Shown here piece by piece: positions 63,025 through 64,000 of a stretch of 64,000 bases of DNA; the stretch's first letter is position 1, and every line of letters begins with the position of its first letter. This DNA comes from Argiope bruennichi (taxonomy: Eukaryota): assembly GCF_947563725.1 (NCBI RefSeq), contig NC_079163.1, positions 54,886,922 to 54,950,921 on the forward strand, read 5' to 3'. Under the pieces are notes generated by a model. That model did not search any database. It was not told where the DNA came from and worked only from the letters and a program-made list of their open reading frames with translations. Made by a program: the position numbers and the translations under genes.

Positions 63025-63530
63025 ATCATGACCAGATCGATTCATTAACAATGTTTAATTTTAAATGCATCAAACACTAAGAAAATAAAACGAATCGTTT
63101 AAAATAATCGGTTGAAAACAGGTTAAAAAAAAAACAACTTAAAAAACGATGCACTTAAAACTATAAGCATATATAAAAAATATATAACTAACATAAATGC
63201 AATTTACTTACAAAAGCATGCAACTAACCTAAAAATAATTTAAATCCAGTCCGCATCCGTTGTTAATAATTGTCAACAATCAGAACACAATGCGCATGCG
63301 TGAATTTCCAACGTCAGTTACGGTAACGCAAATGCGTGAATTTTTCTAAGCCAGTTGGGGTTAGATTAGACATTTTTTATTTCCTTTATTCTGTGTTATC
63401 TTAATTCAAAAGTACTTCAGAATGAATCTGAAAGATCGATTCATTAACAATGTTTAATTTTAAATGCGTAAAACATTAAGAAAATAAACAGAATCGTTTG
63501 AAATAATCGGCCGAAAAATCTTAAGCCTAG
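63025..63530. repeat. Pair of direct repeats of about 100 bp (63025-63125 and 63432-63530) bracketing about 300 bp that contain their own short repeat (gcgcatgcgtgaatttcc / gcaaatgcgtgaattttt)
   Basis: gatcgattcattaacaatgtttaattttaaatgc[a/g]t[c/a]aaaca[c/t]taagaaaataaa[a/c][c/a]gaatcgttt[a/g]aaataatcgg is shared by both copies. Confidence 0.8.
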
Positions 63531-63741
63531 CCTCAATATAGTGGGGAAAAAACTGAAGCCTTATTTGGCGGCGGGGAAAATTGAAGGATTTTTTTGGCAG
63601 GAAAGTTAGTTTTTAATTAATAATTAAAATTCTAATTAAAAATTCAAAAAAGGGAACCCAGATGCACATTCCCGACCTCCAAGGCATACATGTACCAAAT
63701 TTTGTAGCTGTAGGTCAAACGGTCTGGCCTGTAGAGCGCCA

Positions 63742-63764
63742 ACACACACACACACACACACACA
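63742..63764. repeat. (AC)11 microsatellite
   Basis: Direct reading. Confidence 0.95.
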
Positions 63765-63965
63765 TTGAGCTTTATATAAGTATAGATATATCTTTTTAAA
63801 GGAATTTGTTTCAACGTATTGATTGCGTAAAAATAAGTCAATTGCTAGAATGGAGGAAAGAAATGTAAAATACTTGCTAGTGAATTAATCAATAGCATCC
63901 GCTTCAGGGTATGAGAAATTTATCAGTATTATAGCTTTCTTCCACTGAAACTTTGTCGGAAATTA

Positions 63966-64000
63966 GGGGTCGCGGTAGCCTGGTGGTAAGGCTTCGGCTT
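63966..64000 (+). mobile_element. 5' head of another SINE-A copy, truncated by the window end
   Basis: GGGGTCGCGGTAGCCTGGTGGTAAGGCTTCGGCTT matches the head of the 31222-31500 copy (GGGCCGCGGTGGCCTGGTGGTAAGGTCTCAGCTTCGG) at about 85%. Confidence 0.7.

Noticed and set aside
1-64000. Prokaryotic-style defence or biosynthetic system, as the prompt hints
   Set aside because: There are no long ORFs and no operon organisation. Spliceosomal introns with GT-AG boundaries, pol III SINEs with TSDs and microsatellites are pervasive, so this is eukaryotic nuclear DNA. The only 'system'-level candidate is the novel secreted-protein gene reported above.

Overview
The window is AT-rich eukaryotic nuclear DNA, roughly 70% A+T. 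Nothing in it looks prokaryotic: no operons and no long intronless ORFs, and the tandem arrays are ordinary minisatellites rather than CRISPR arrays. Long introns, dense tRNA-derived SINEs and abundant (TA)n and (AC)n microsatellites fit a metazoan genome, most likely an arthropod. That taxonomic guess rests only on sequence style. The provided ORF track treats non-ATG codons (TTG, GTG) as starts, and most of its ORFs are chance frames in AT-rich, repeat or antisense sequence.

Two protein-coding genes are supported:
- A terminal coding exon on the + strand at 1023-1249 encodes a follistatin-type (FOLN plus Kazal) cysteine module and ends in a stop codon. The rest of that gene lies upstream of the window.
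- A minus-strand gene has three in-frame coding exons with canonical splice sites at 33305-32934, 29481-29107 and 26529-26257. They encode a hydrophobic N-terminal signal-like peptide, a proline-rich segment and a globular segment I cannot assign to any family. An acceptor site upstream of the ATG implies a non-coding first exon further 5'. A TATA-containing, GC-richer island at 48660-49330 with a GTAAGG donor on the minus strand is a candidate for that exon and its promoter. This gene is the most interesting object in the window.

The rest is repeat landscape. Each family below was defined by comparing copies within the window itself:
- SINE-A is a tRNA-derived SINE with a pol-III A/B-box head and an (AACC)-like tail. 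A full copy at 31222-31500 is flanked by a 16-bp target-site duplication. Four more partial copies are present, one of them cut off at the window end.
- SINE-B is a second tRNA-related SINE family with two copies.
- Family C is a SINE-like element of about 260 bp with four copies, two of them adjacent.
- Family D is a pair of roughly 530-bp elements 18.5 kb apart in direct orientation.
- Family E is a composite repeat of about 450 bp with 2.5 copies.
- Other repeats are a decayed pogo/Tigger-type transposase remnant, several poly(A)-tailed retro-insertions, several two-copy tandem duplications of roughly 160-180 bp (one of them perfect), many minisatellites and an unusual excess of C/G homopolymer runs of 9 to 15 nt.
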